The notes under the pieces: generated by a model
Database searches by the model: none
What the model was told of the DNA's origin: nothing
Seen by the model: the letters and a program-made list of their open reading frames with translations, nothing else
Shown: piece by piece, positions 25,696-34,121 of the stretch
Position numbering within the stretch: position 1 is the stretch's first letter
Layout of the letters: every line of letters begins with the position of its first letter
Made by a program: the position numbers and the translations under genes
IMG/VR virus record: IMGVR_UViG_3300050821_003452
Span: 12,590-76,589 of that record
Direction: 5' to 3' (one strand)
Source: a virus
Length of the DNA stretch: 64,000 bases

Positions 25696-26771
25696 AGGGC
25701 ATCTCTCAACTTGCTGACCATGGTGTTGATCTCTTCATCGGTTGGATCGAAAGCACATACCTCGAATAATACCATGCGATCTTCTACGTCTTCGACCGCA
25801 GGAAGCCAGATTTGGCGCGACTTGAAGGCTTTCAATTCATAGAGCGGTCTCAAATAGCCGGCCCTGAATGGCTCAGGTATTGGTTTTCTTGGTTTGGTTC
25901 TTAATTGCGCTCCCCAGACGTAGTAACTATGGGTACATCCTTGTCTGATGGAAGGTGGTATAAGAACATCATTGGGCGGAATTAAGTCGGTGATCTTCTG
26001 AGCCAGAGCCATCCTGCCGGCGATAATCTCTGGCGCTTTCTTAAGCTGCTCAATGGCCATAGCGGCAGTTATCTCCGTCATGCGCAGATTAAGGCCGGTT
26101 ATGCCCCCGCGCATTTCGCCATGGTTCATGGCCTCTCTGAGCTTGGTATCAAGTGTATTACTTGCTGTGACGACTATTCCTCCCTCGCCAACCTGAAGAT
26201 GCTTGTGGACGTTAAGGGAGAATACCCCCATATGGCCAATCGTGCCCGCATAGCGACCCTGCTCTTGAGCAAAAATCGACTGAGCATTGTCCTCAATGAG
26301 ATAAACTCCATGGTCATCACATATGGACCGCAATTCGTGAAGATGTGCGGCGTGGCCGAAAAGATTTGTGACGATCACTGCCTTGGTCTTTCGAGTAATC
26401 GAATTAGCCACGTCCACGGGATCAAGCGTGTAGGTCTCTCTCTCGATATCGGCCCAGACCAGCGTGGCGCCAAGTACCTTGGGTGCTGCCGCTGTAGCAG
26501 ACATAGTATATGGCGAGACAATGACTTCATCGCCGGGACCAACCTCGATAGCCATACAGGCCGCAAGCAGCCCAGACGTGGCGCTATTAACGGCAACGGC
26601 ATGTTTGATATCGAAGGCTTTCTCCCAGCCTAACTCAAGTTCAGTTATGGCCCTTCCACCAGTTGGGTGTGAGCCGATATATCCAGAGAGCGGATAACCC
26701 TCAATAATATGATCAGCCGCGCCACGCTCTGCATTCCCGATTGTATTGAAGCTCTTCATTATAGTTCTCAT
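25692..26771 (-). CDS. DegT/DnrJ sugar aminotransferase (PseC-like)
   Basis: VNSATSGL, LIEDNAQS, FSLNVHKHL..GEGG. Confidence 0.9.
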   Translation of the reverse strand: MRTIMKSFNTIGNAERGAADHIIEGYPLSGYIGSHPTGGRAITELELGWEKAFDIKHAVAVNSATSGLLAACMAIEVGPGDEVIVSPYTMSATAAAPKVLGATLVWADIERETYTLDPVDVANSITRKTKAVIVTNLFGHAAHLHELRSICDDHGVYLIEDNAQSIFAQEQGRYAGTIGHMGVFSLNVHKHLQVGEGGIVVTASNTLDTKLREAMNHGEMRGGITGLNLRMTEITAAMAIEQLKKAPEIIAGRMALAQKITDLIPPNDVLIPPSIRQGCTHSYYVWGAQLRTKPRKPIPEPFRAGYLRPLYELKAFKSRQIWLPAVEDVEDRMVLFEVCAFDPTDEEINTMVSKLRDAL

Positions 26772-26904
26772 GTTTCAGGAAATTGGCTCTAGCATCCTGC
26801 ATTGTTTTGCCACTACCAAGACAGATGCCATAACGAAATCCGCAATACCAAATCTTGGTTTCTTCATCTTGGATGAAAACATATTTCGGCAGGAATTTAA
26901 TCAT
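26713..26904 (-). CDS. Small hypothetical protein
   Basis: 63 aa, ATGA coupling to pseB. Confidence 0.45.
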   Translation of the reverse strand: MIKFLPKYVFIQDEETKIWYCGFRYGICLGSGKTMQDARANFLKHENYNEELQYNRECRAWRG

Positions 26905-27824
26905 AGCGTATCCCTTATCTCTTCCACTGAAAGAAAGCGCTCATTAGTATCGGATGAATATCTCATGCCGGGCTTGGTGTTATTCGTTGTATCCGGATTA
27001 AGGATATACCTATCCCAGCTTTCGAGGGCCATATGGCTTTCATCGTCTGTGATCAGCGTCTCATGCAGCTTTTCTCCGGCCCGAATGCCGATCATGGAGT
27101 GATTACCGCCCGGGTCAATCGCCTCTACCAAGTCCATGATATGGACAGAGGGTATCTTGGGAACGAAAATCTCGCGGCCCTTCATCATGCTCTCTGAAGA
27201 AAGAACAAAGTCCACCGCCTCGTCCAGCGTCATCCAGAACCGTGTCATGCGCTGGTCGGTTATCGTGAGAGGTAGACCCCGAGCATGTAGGGATTTGAAT
27301 AGGGGGACCACACTACCGCGACTGCCCACCACATTGCCGTACCGCACAACGCTGAACTGACACCGCCCAGCAGCCAGATTATTAGCGGCCACCATGATCT
27401 TTTCGGCTGCAAGCTTTGTCGCCCCATAGAGGTTAAGCGGGCTGACAGCCTTGTCGGTGGAAAGTGCGACAACTCGGCTAACACCAGTCGCCATCGCTGC
27501 CCTGCATACATTTTCTGCCCCATGAATGTTGGTCATCACCGCTTCGAATGGATTATATTCGCAAGTCGGCACGATCTTCAGAGCCGCCGCGTGGACTACA
27601 AGATCGGCTCCATACATGGCCATCTCAAGGCGCTTACGATCTCTTACGTCTCCTATGAAAAATCTCATGGCTGGATGATCAAAGTGATGCGCCATGGCCT
27701 CCTGAAGCTGCTCTCCGCGAGAATATATGATTATCTTGGCCGGTTCCATAGGAAGAACCTTGCGCACGAAGGCATTGCCGAAGGAGCCGCTGCCTCCGGT
27801 GATCAGGATAGTTTTACCTTTCAT
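26901..27824 (-). CDS. pseB: UDP-GlcNAc 4,6-dehydratase (inverting), PseB/FlaA1 family
   Basis: ITGGSGSFG, HAAALK.VPTCEYNPFE, LSTDKA, YGATK, VRYGNVVGSRGSVVP, MTRFW, GEKLHE. Confidence 0.92.
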   Translation of the reverse strand: MKGKTILITGGSGSFGNAFVRKVLPMEPAKIIIYSRGEQLQEAMAHHFDHPAMRFFIGDVRDRKRLEMAMYGADLVVHAAALKIVPTCEYNPFEAVMTNIHGAENVCRAAMATGVSRVVALSTDKAVSPLNLYGATKLAAEKIMVAANNLAAGRCQFSVVRYGNVVGSRGSVVPLFKSLHARGLPLTITDQRMTRFWMTLDEAVDFVLSSESMMKGREIFVPKIPSVHIMDLVEAIDPGGNHSMIGIRAGEKLHETLITDDESHMALESWDRYILNPDTTNNTKPGMRYSSDTNERFLSVEEIRDTL

Positions 27825-29791
27825 CGCACAGTTTTTCCCTTGATGACTTCACCTTCCAGTTTCACGCCGGCTGAAATGGCCTTGAGGGTGCTATCCCAAG
27901 CATAGATAACACGATCCAATTCTGGCTTATTGTGGGCGTAGCAGGTATTATGAGACCCTATGATCAGCACGCCATTCTTGGCCATCTCCTGAATGAAGAT
28001 GCTCTGAAGGTGTTTATCCCTGAACTTAATTCGGTTTAGTTCTGGACGTGAATATAACTCAATACCTTCGACACTATATTGCTTGATAAGCGTATTGATT
28101 TGTCCTCTGAGAACCTCTCCGACTGTAAATAATTTATCATGGACTTGGAGCGCGGTCAGCTTATCAATGGTGGCAATCGCTGCCGCAATCGAGAGCGTTT
28201 CCCCGAAGAAGGTCCCTGAATAAGAAATCTCAGGCATGCGCTTCATGTACTTCTCAAGACCTACAAGAGCGCTGATAGGCATGCCATTGGCCATGGCCTT
28301 GCCGAAGGTGGACAGATCGGGCGTGACACCATATTCGCGCTGGAGCCCGCCCATTCCGCAGCGGAAGCCAGTTATGATTTCATCGAAGATCAGAATGATG
28401 CCGGCATGATCACACTGCCGTCTTAGAAGCTCTAGCTCTTGTCGCGATTTGAACTCTGGCTCCAGTATAATAGCTGCCGGCTTTACGCTTTCGCTATCAA
28501 ACATAAAGGCATCAGGAATTGGCCTTGATAAGTTTTGCACATAACCCGGGATACCGTTAGTGTGCTCACTTACCGACATACTCCAATCGTGCCAACCATG
28601 ATATCCCCCGACATAGACCCTATCCCGCCCTGTAATATGTCTGGCAAGCCTTATGCCGGCAGTAGTCACGTCACTGCCGTTCTTGCCGAACCGAACCATT
28701 TCCGCAGATGGAATGTGGTAGTTTAGTTTCTCGGCAAGTTCCTCTTCCAGAGGCGTTGCCAATGAAAAAGAAATTCCTCGCGATAGTTGGTCCCGTATGG
28801 CTTGGTCAACGTCAGGGTCCCGATAACCAAGAACATTAGGCAGCAGGCCACCAACAAGGTCCACGTAGTCATGACCATCCACGTCGAACACATATCCACC
28901 ATCTCCATGGGTTACGAAAAGGGGCGCCACCCCTTCAGGGAACATTAGCTTGGATTTACTGAAAGTCTGCGCTCCCAGAGGAATAAGATGTTCTGCCTGT
29001 TTTAGGCACTGGGCAGATACCTTGTATGAGCGCGTGGTTGTTTCCCGCTTCAGGTCTTCGTAAAATCTCTCATTGCGCGAGAGATGCGAGTTAAGGTCTC
29101 TCAGCGCAGGATTAGCGGAGAGAACACCCAGAATATCCAGATAGCTGGGAGAATAATAAGAAACAGGTAGCAGATCGGAGACAGCTTGAATAAAAGCATA
29201 GTCTTCCGGACTATCGAGTACCCACCTTTCCCTAACCAGATCAGGAAGCGGACACACCAGATTAACGGCGCTAAAACGATAACGGTTGCGCACCATAAAA
29301 CGAGTGACAGTATCACGATCAGTTCTGCGAATGGCCTCTTTATTGGATGCTTCAAGAATAGCCCTAGTAAAGACTTCCACGTCAAGGCCATCTGGGTAGC
29401 TGGGTGGGTCTGTGTTTGTGGCGTAGTCTGCATTCTTCATTTCCCTTAACTTGATGACTTCACCAATGACGCGCGGGTCCAGAAACGGACAGTCGCCAGT
29501 TAGCCTTACGATAATGTCGGCATTATGTTGGTGCGCAGCCCCCAAGAACCGCGAGAGTACATCCGTCTCGGAGCCCCTGAAGACCGCAACACCTTTGGCA
29601 AGAGCCCACTCAACAATAGGATCGTCTTGCGGCAACGTCGAAGTCGCCACAACAACCTGATCCACGCCGGGGGATTGCTTGGCGGCTTCTACCACCCAAT
29701 CTAGAACTGGTCTACCGCTTAAGTCTTTAAGAACCTTGCCGGGTAGTCTGGTACTGCCCATACGGGCTTGGCATATCGCGACTGTTTTCAT
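27821..29791 (-). CDS. SpsF-type cytidylyltransferase fused to a class III (GSA-like) aminotransferase
   Basis: QARMGSTRLPGKVL, RGSETDVLSRF, RLTGDCP; then GAQTFSK, YHGWHDW, FDEIITGFR, FGKAMANG. Confidence 0.9.
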   Translation of the reverse strand: MKTVAICQARMGSTRLPGKVLKDLSGRPVLDWVVEAAKQSPGVDQVVVATSTLPQDDPIVEWALAKGVAVFRGSETDVLSRFLGAAHQHNADIIVRLTGDCPFLDPRVIGEVIKLREMKNADYATNTDPPSYPDGLDVEVFTRAILEASNKEAIRRTDRDTVTRFMVRNRYRFSAVNLVCPLPDLVRERWVLDSPEDYAFIQAVSDLLPVSYYSPSYLDILGVLSANPALRDLNSHLSRNERFYEDLKRETTTRSYKVSAQCLKQAEHLIPLGAQTFSKSKLMFPEGVAPLFVTHGDGGYVFDVDGHDYVDLVGGLLPNVLGYRDPDVDQAIRDQLSRGISFSLATPLEEELAEKLNYHIPSAEMVRFGKNGSDVTTAGIRLARHITGRDRVYVGGYHGWHDWSMSVSEHTNGIPGYVQNLSRPIPDAFMFDSESVKPAAIILEPEFKSRQELELLRRQCDHAGIILIFDEIITGFRCGMGGLQREYGVTPDLSTFGKAMANGMPISALVGLEKYMKRMPEISYSGTFFGETLSIAAAIATIDKLTALQVHDKLFTVGEVLRGQINTLIKQYSVEGIELYSRPELNRIKFRDKHLQSIFIQEMAKNGVLIIGSHNTCYAHNKPELDRVIYAWDSTLKAISAGVKLEGEVIKGKTVR

Positions 29792-30681
29792 ATTCCGGCC
29801 TTTGCTCTGATTGCCATGACTGTGTAGAGCGCCCTTACGCCGTCTTCGCCGGTAGCCAGAGGCTCAAGGTGTCTTCCCTGTTGTATGCTATCCAGAAAGC
29901 ACTTCATTTCGTCTATGTAATTATCATCCCATGTATCGCTGGCCTGAAACGCCATATGCGGCGGACCGCCACCCATTCGCATGTAGATTTCACGCAGAAC
30001 AAGATTGACGTAGATCGACCCTTTTTCGCCCTCTATCCAGAAATATCGCTGCTCTGGGTCTGAGTAATAATCGGCTTGCAGATAGACGTTTCCTTTGACT
30101 TTGGGGAACTTCATCTCTACAAAGGCATCAGTAGTGTCGTTACCGTTACTGTCCACAGGGACAGACGCGGAAACTACATCTCCTTCTCCCAACAAATAGT
30201 GAGCTAGATCAATCTCATGGCTGAGCCAGTTGCGAACGATGCCGTCCATCAAATATGGCGGCTTGGTTGTTTTTTGGTAAACCGTGAAGCTCGCGGCGAG
30301 AATGTTGCCGATGGATGGAAGCAATTCCTTAGTCTTCTGGACGCAATGGTGGAACCGAAGATTAAAGCCAGTGGCGATGATCAGGCTGCGGTCCTTGTAC
30401 CGAATGCCTTGCAAAAAACCATCGATTAACGGTGGGCAATCATAGCCGATTGGTTTCTCAACCAGCACATGCTTACCGGCATGAAGAACATCCATAAGAT
30501 CATGAGCATGGATTTTGCTGGGAGTGGCGATTACAATGGCATCTGCGTTTGTGAAAACATAGTCACGATACGAGGGCCGAGAAACTGATGGATCATATGC
30601 AACAAATTCATGACCGAGAAACTCAATATTTAGAGCATGCCGCGTGCCAATAGAGCCATATCCTAGAATTCCAATTTTCAT
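29788..30681 (-). CDS. Gfo/Idh/MocA oxidoreductase
   Basis: ILGYGSIG.RH, IATPS..H, HVLVEKP, GFNLRF, SHEID. Confidence 0.9.
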   Translation of the reverse strand: MKIGILGYGSIGTRHALNIEFLGHEFVAYDPSVSRPSYRDYVFTNADAIVIATPSKIHAHDLMDVLHAGKHVLVEKPIGYDCPPLIDGFLQGIRYKDRSLIIATGFNLRFHHCVQKTKELLPSIGNILAASFTVYQKTTKPPYLMDGIVRNWLSHEIDLAHYLLGEGDVVSASVPVDSNGNDTTDAFVEMKFPKVKGNVYLQADYYSDPEQRYFWIEGEKGSIYVNLVLREIYMRMGGGPPHMAFQASDTWDDNYIDEMKCFLDSIQQGRHLEPLATGEDGVRALYTVMAIRAKAGI

Positions 30682-31307
30682 TTCAGGTCCTCGACTGGCC
30701 ATCCTGCGCTCAGGTCCTTCTTCAGTACCCAGATAGCGGTGTCTTTGTCGGGCTTGATCTTCTTCACCAACGAGTAGGCCGGATTGGCCAGCCAGAGCTT
30801 GGAGTAATCCATCTTGTAAGAATAAGCGTCATCAAGGTGTTTATAGGGAACGCAATGAGGATGATCAGGATCAAAATCGTGGATGATCAAATACCCTCCA
30901 TCCATCAATGCATAGTCTCCGGTAGAAACTATTTGAGATAGATGATTTGGCTCACATAGATAGAGGCAAAACCCATAAATAATAATCCCGCATTCACCAT
31001 ACGGTTCTCGCGCGGTTCCAACTCTAAAGTGTAAGCTCGGAAACCTTATTGCGCCCGCCTCTATCGCGGCCCTTGATGGATCGCAGCCATAACATTCAGC
31101 GCCAGTTTTTAATCTTATTTGCTCTAGTCTCCAGCCATTGGCGCAGCCGTATTCCAAGATATCTCCCCGAGACCACAGCTTAACTACAAGCTGCGCAATT
31201 TCGTCATCCGGCTTTTCCATTTTGTGGAAATTGCGATTGAACCATGCATCTGCCTCGCCTTTAAGAAAGGCTTCTTCCTGCTTGAGCATGAACGGAAACA
31301 TTTTCAT
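30678..31307 (-). CDS. Class I SAM methyltransferase
   Basis: ILEYGCANG, GCDPS, GFCLY. Confidence 0.85.
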   Translation of the reverse strand: MKMFPFMLKQEEAFLKGEADAWFNRNFHKMEKPDDEIAQLVVKLWSRGDILEYGCANGWRLEQIRLKTGAECYGCDPSRAAIEAGAIRFPSLHFRVGTAREPYGECGIIIYGFCLYLCEPNHLSQIVSTGDYALMDGGYLIIHDFDPDHPHCVPYKHLDDAYSYKMDYSKLWLANPAYSLVKKIKPDKDTAIWVLKKDLSAGWPVEDLK

Positions 31308-32166
31308 TCTTGAGGATGATCATGAAGTTAGGCGAACACGCATAGAATTCACCAAATGTAGGCAATTGTGAGGCGATGGCATTGATCGGGTTATTATAAT
31401 CCGGTTCTACGCCCTGATCTTGGCATATTTTAGCGTAGATCACCCGCGAAGCCATATAATACATATGGCCGATGTTCTCGACATACTCTTGGGTCAAAAG
31501 ATGCCCTTGGATTTGGGAGATGAACTTCTGGAATTCGGCCTGCGGGATATAAAAATTATGCCAGCGCTCCTTTATGGCCGGCAGTCCCAGCCTTCCTCTA
31601 ACTGCGTTCAGGTTCTTCAGGCCCTCGTCTACGTTTTCTACTAAGATCATGCGGCCATCCTTGGAGAGTAGTTTTCGCATCTCCAAGATGCCGATCTTCT
31701 GTTCTTGCCAGTTAGCAAGATTGATCAGGCAGCGGGTAGATAAAACCACGTCAAAGGTGGCGCCCTGCAAGTGCCCATTTCTTGACAAAGAAAGTACATC
31801 GCCATCATAATAATCAATATTAGGCGCCAGATTATGCCTGATGGCTTCATTGATCATCCCCTGTGAGAAATCCACCCCAATAATCTCTGCATCAGGAAAG
31901 GCCTTGGCGAGAGCCAGCGTGGTGTAGCCATTGCCGCAGCCAACATCCAGAATGGTGTCGTGCTTCAGGCTGCCGACCACATGCAGGATGCGTTCGACTT
32001 CAAGCTGGCGATAATGATGATCAGGATTGGTAGCAAGATCAGAAGCGCCATGTTGTTTGGCCTGATCTTCCCAGAAGTCATGAACCGTTGCTGGTTGTTT
32101 CGGTTTGGGTGGCCTGCCCCGTTTTTTGGTTGATGGAGATAACTTTGGCTGTTCGGAACTTGCCAT
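31261..32166 (-). CDS. Class I SAM methyltransferase
   Basis: ILDVGCGNG, GVDFSQGMI, RCLINL; start uncertain. Confidence 0.85.
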   Translation of the reverse strand: MASSEQPKLSPSTKKRGRPPKPKQPATVHDFWEDQAKQHGASDLATNPDHHYRQLEVERILHVVGSLKHDTILDVGCGNGYTTLALAKAFPDAEIIGVDFSQGMINEAIRHNLAPNIDYYDGDVLSLSRNGHLQGATFDVVLSTRCLINLANWQEQKIGILEMRKLLSKDGRMILVENVDEGLKNLNAVRGRLGLPAIKERWHNFYIPQAEFQKFISQIQGHLLTQEYVENIGHMYYMASRVIYAKICQDQGVEPDYNNPINAIASQLPTFGEFYACSPNFMIILKNENVSVHAQAGRSLS

Positions 32167-32668
32167 AGAGATGCATGTCCTGTGGTTGACCGCGAACAAG
32201 AAAATGCCCGTGGATGATGGCTTCGTGTGTGAATTGGAGCTTGTCTAGTATCCTGATCATGGCCTTGTTGTTTGCCATACAGCCAGCCTCAATCTTGCGA
32301 GTGCCGCTATCAAACAGATAATGAGAGATAGCTTCCCATGCCTCGCAACCAAGGCCTCGGCTCCAGTATTGCTTGACGCCGATCAGGATACCCATATTTG
32401 CGGTCTTGTTGTCAGCATCCCGAAAAGCAGATGCAGTACCAATATGGGTTCCGTCGAAATGGATATCCCAGAAATAGTTGTCACCGCTCTGAAAGGAACA
32501 GAGATATTCATACTGGGAAGCTTCAGTGTGTTTTCGGTGGCGCTGTTCAGAATACTGCATGACAACCGGGTCGTGTAGCCAGCGCAGGTAATTTGAAACA
32601 TCCATCTTCTCGTACATGAACGGCGGCATCAGGGTGAGCCTAGCCGCCCTGAGCGTCGGTGTGGTCAT
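32078..32668 (-). CDS. GNAT (RimJ-like) N-acetyltransferase, PseH-like role plausible
   Basis: YLRWLHDP.V, HIG, MGILIG.K.YWSRGLG, N.AM. Confidence 0.85.
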   Translation of the reverse strand: MTTPTLRAARLTLMPPFMYEKMDVSNYLRWLHDPVVMQYSEQRHRKHTEASQYEYLCSFQSGDNYFWDIHFDGTHIGTASAFRDADNKTANMGILIGVKQYWSRGLGCEAWEAISHYLFDSGTRKIEAGCMANNKAMIRILDKLQFTHEAIIHGHFLVRGQPQDMHLYGKFRTAKVISINQKTGQATQTETTSNGS

Positions 32669-32904
32669 TTTTTGGTGCGCCCGGCAGGATTTGAACCCAC
32701 AACCCGGCGCTTATATGGCGCACGCTCTACCGTTGAGCTACGGGCGCTTGGATATGTCTGGATAGCGTGCTCGACCAAGCTCCGCATGTTCTTGAGAAGA
32801 AACACCATGTAGCGCGAGTTGGCATCGAAATCTCCCAAAGCTTCACGCTGGGAGATGACTTGTTCGACTTCGCCCTTGAAGGCTTGGAGTTGTTTTTTGT
32901 TCAT
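32665..32904 (-). CDS. Hypothetical protein whose 3' end reads through a tRNA-like gene
   Basis: 79 aa; last 25 codons coincide with tRNA 32673-32747. Confidence 0.5.
   Translation of the reverse strand: MNKKQLQAFKGEVEQVISQREALGDFDANSRYMVFLLKNMRSLVEHAIQTYPSARSSTVERAPYKRRVVGSNPAGRTKK
32673..32747 (-). tRNA. tRNA-Ile(TAT)-like, atypical (A33, 27-43 mismatch)
   Basis: GCGCCCG TA GCTC AACGGTA GAGC G TGCGC CATATAA GCGCC GGGTT GTGGG TTCAAAT CCTGC CGGGCGC A CCA. Confidence 0.75.
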
Positions 32905-33110
32905 GGTTTCTTTAACGAGCGATCTGCATCATGACCCCGGGGCCCTCTTCCAATGTGAAGCATCGCGCATTCTGGGCAGATATAAACGCCGACTTTTGCC
33001 GGATTGCCGCGCTTCCTATTTCTCCACGTCAACTTATTCGCTTCCTTTTCTGCTTGGTCGAAGCTGGAGAAGGCGATCTTGCCGCGCTCATGGCATCTAG
33101 GTCCGCTCAT
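32901..33110 (-). CDS. Small zinc-finger-like protein
   Basis: C...GK..F.S...A...VYICPEC...HIG. Confidence 0.65.
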   Translation of the reverse strand: MSGPRCHERGKIAFSSFDQAEKEANKLTWRNRKRGNPAKVGVYICPECAMLHIGRGPRGHDADRSLKKP

Positions 33111-33122
33111 GACTTTCTCAAT

Positions 33123-33674
33123 TTAACAAGAACACGAAAAGGTATTGGGCTTGTGCAGCACTTTATGGCCCAGAACAACCTCAACATGATCCCAAAACTC
33201 AGGCGGGATTGAGGCGTGGCCATCCATGTCATAAAGACTGAAATAATCGGCATCAATCCTAATGTTGGGATTATGGCCCTTGATGCCCTCTATGACGGTC
33301 TCATAGCCGGGGCAGTCATTGTTATTACAGAAATCCCGCAGCCAAGCTTCTGACGTGGCTTTGTTATAGCCAAGCTCTGGCTCGCCTTTGAACGCTGGGT
33401 GGGTCCAGTCATGGCGCAGCGACGTGATGGTGTTCGGGTTGACGAACATCCAGAAGCGGTCGCCGGGATTGACGGGCTTTTTCAGGAAAGGGTCCACGAT
33501 GCCAACAGACAGCGGCCATGGACATATATCGACCGTGATTTGATCGTCGTCTACAAAAGTAATAGGCGTGCCGGGACTTAGCATGCGCTTGGCAATAACA
33601 GGAGCCACCGCAACGTGAATAGCATCGCGCGGTTCATTACCAGTCCTCAGTTGACCGACTTCAGTGTTAGACAT
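33123..33674 (-). CDS. Hypothetical phage protein
   Basis: RDAIHVAVAP, GIVDPFL, ITSLRHDWTHPAF, ends FSCSC; AGAGGGAA RBS. Confidence 0.75.
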   Translation of the reverse strand: MSNTEVGQLRTGNEPRDAIHVAVAPVIAKRMLSPGTPITFVDDDQITVDICPWPLSVGIVDPFLKKPVNPGDRFWMFVNPNTITSLRHDWTHPAFKGEPELGYNKATSEAWLRDFCNNNDCPGYETVIEGIKGHNPNIRIDADYFSLYDMDGHASIPPEFWDHVEVVLGHKVLHKPNTFSCSC

Positions 33675-33692
33675 TGATTTCCCTCTCAAAAG

Positions 33693-33780
33693 TGGCGGGG
33701 AGAGTAGGATTTGAACCCACGGAATCTTGCGGTTCTCTCGTTTTCAGGACGAGCGCGATAAGCCTCTCTGCCATCTCCCC
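33693..33780 (-). tRNA. tRNA-Ser(TGA) with C33
   Basis: GGGGAGA acceptor, CTCGT CCTGAAA ACGAG anticodon arm, long variable arm, GGTTCAAATCC, G73, CCA. Confidence 0.88.
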
Positions 33781-33839
33781 TTAAACCCACTATGGCACGA
33801 TTATTTGTCTAAAATAGGGCGTCGGGTTATATAATCTCA

Positions 33840-34121
33840 ATGACTGAATTGCCCCAGATTGTCATCCCGCGCCCGGGCGGGGAAGCCAGACCCTATAAGA
33901 CGCCGGATAAGCGCTGGGAAGAAGTTACACGTGAGATGTATGGCAGCAGTGAGTTACCGGATAGCATTCATCATCGCCATGATCCAGTCTGGAATGAACG
34001 ATTTTGGAGCATTCAGAATGCCCACGATCAGTCCGAAGGTAAGAAATTTGGATTTTGGGCCATTATTGGTATTATTTTCGTTCTAATGGACATGACTTGG
34101 TACTTCAGGGTGCGTTTCTAA
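33840..34121 (+). CDS. Small membrane protein
   Basis: C-terminal TM; TAATG coupling to terL. Confidence 0.55.
   Translation: MTELPQIVIPRPGGEARPYKTPDKRWEEVTREMYGSSELPDSIHHRHDPVWNERFWSIQNAHDQSEGKKFGFWAIIGIIFVLMDMTWYFRVRF

Noticed and set aside
27821-29791. hemL (tetrapyrrole synthesis) auxiliary gene
   Set aside because: The domain is fused to a sugar cytidylyltransferase inside a nonulosonate cluster, so a sugar aminotransferase role fits better.
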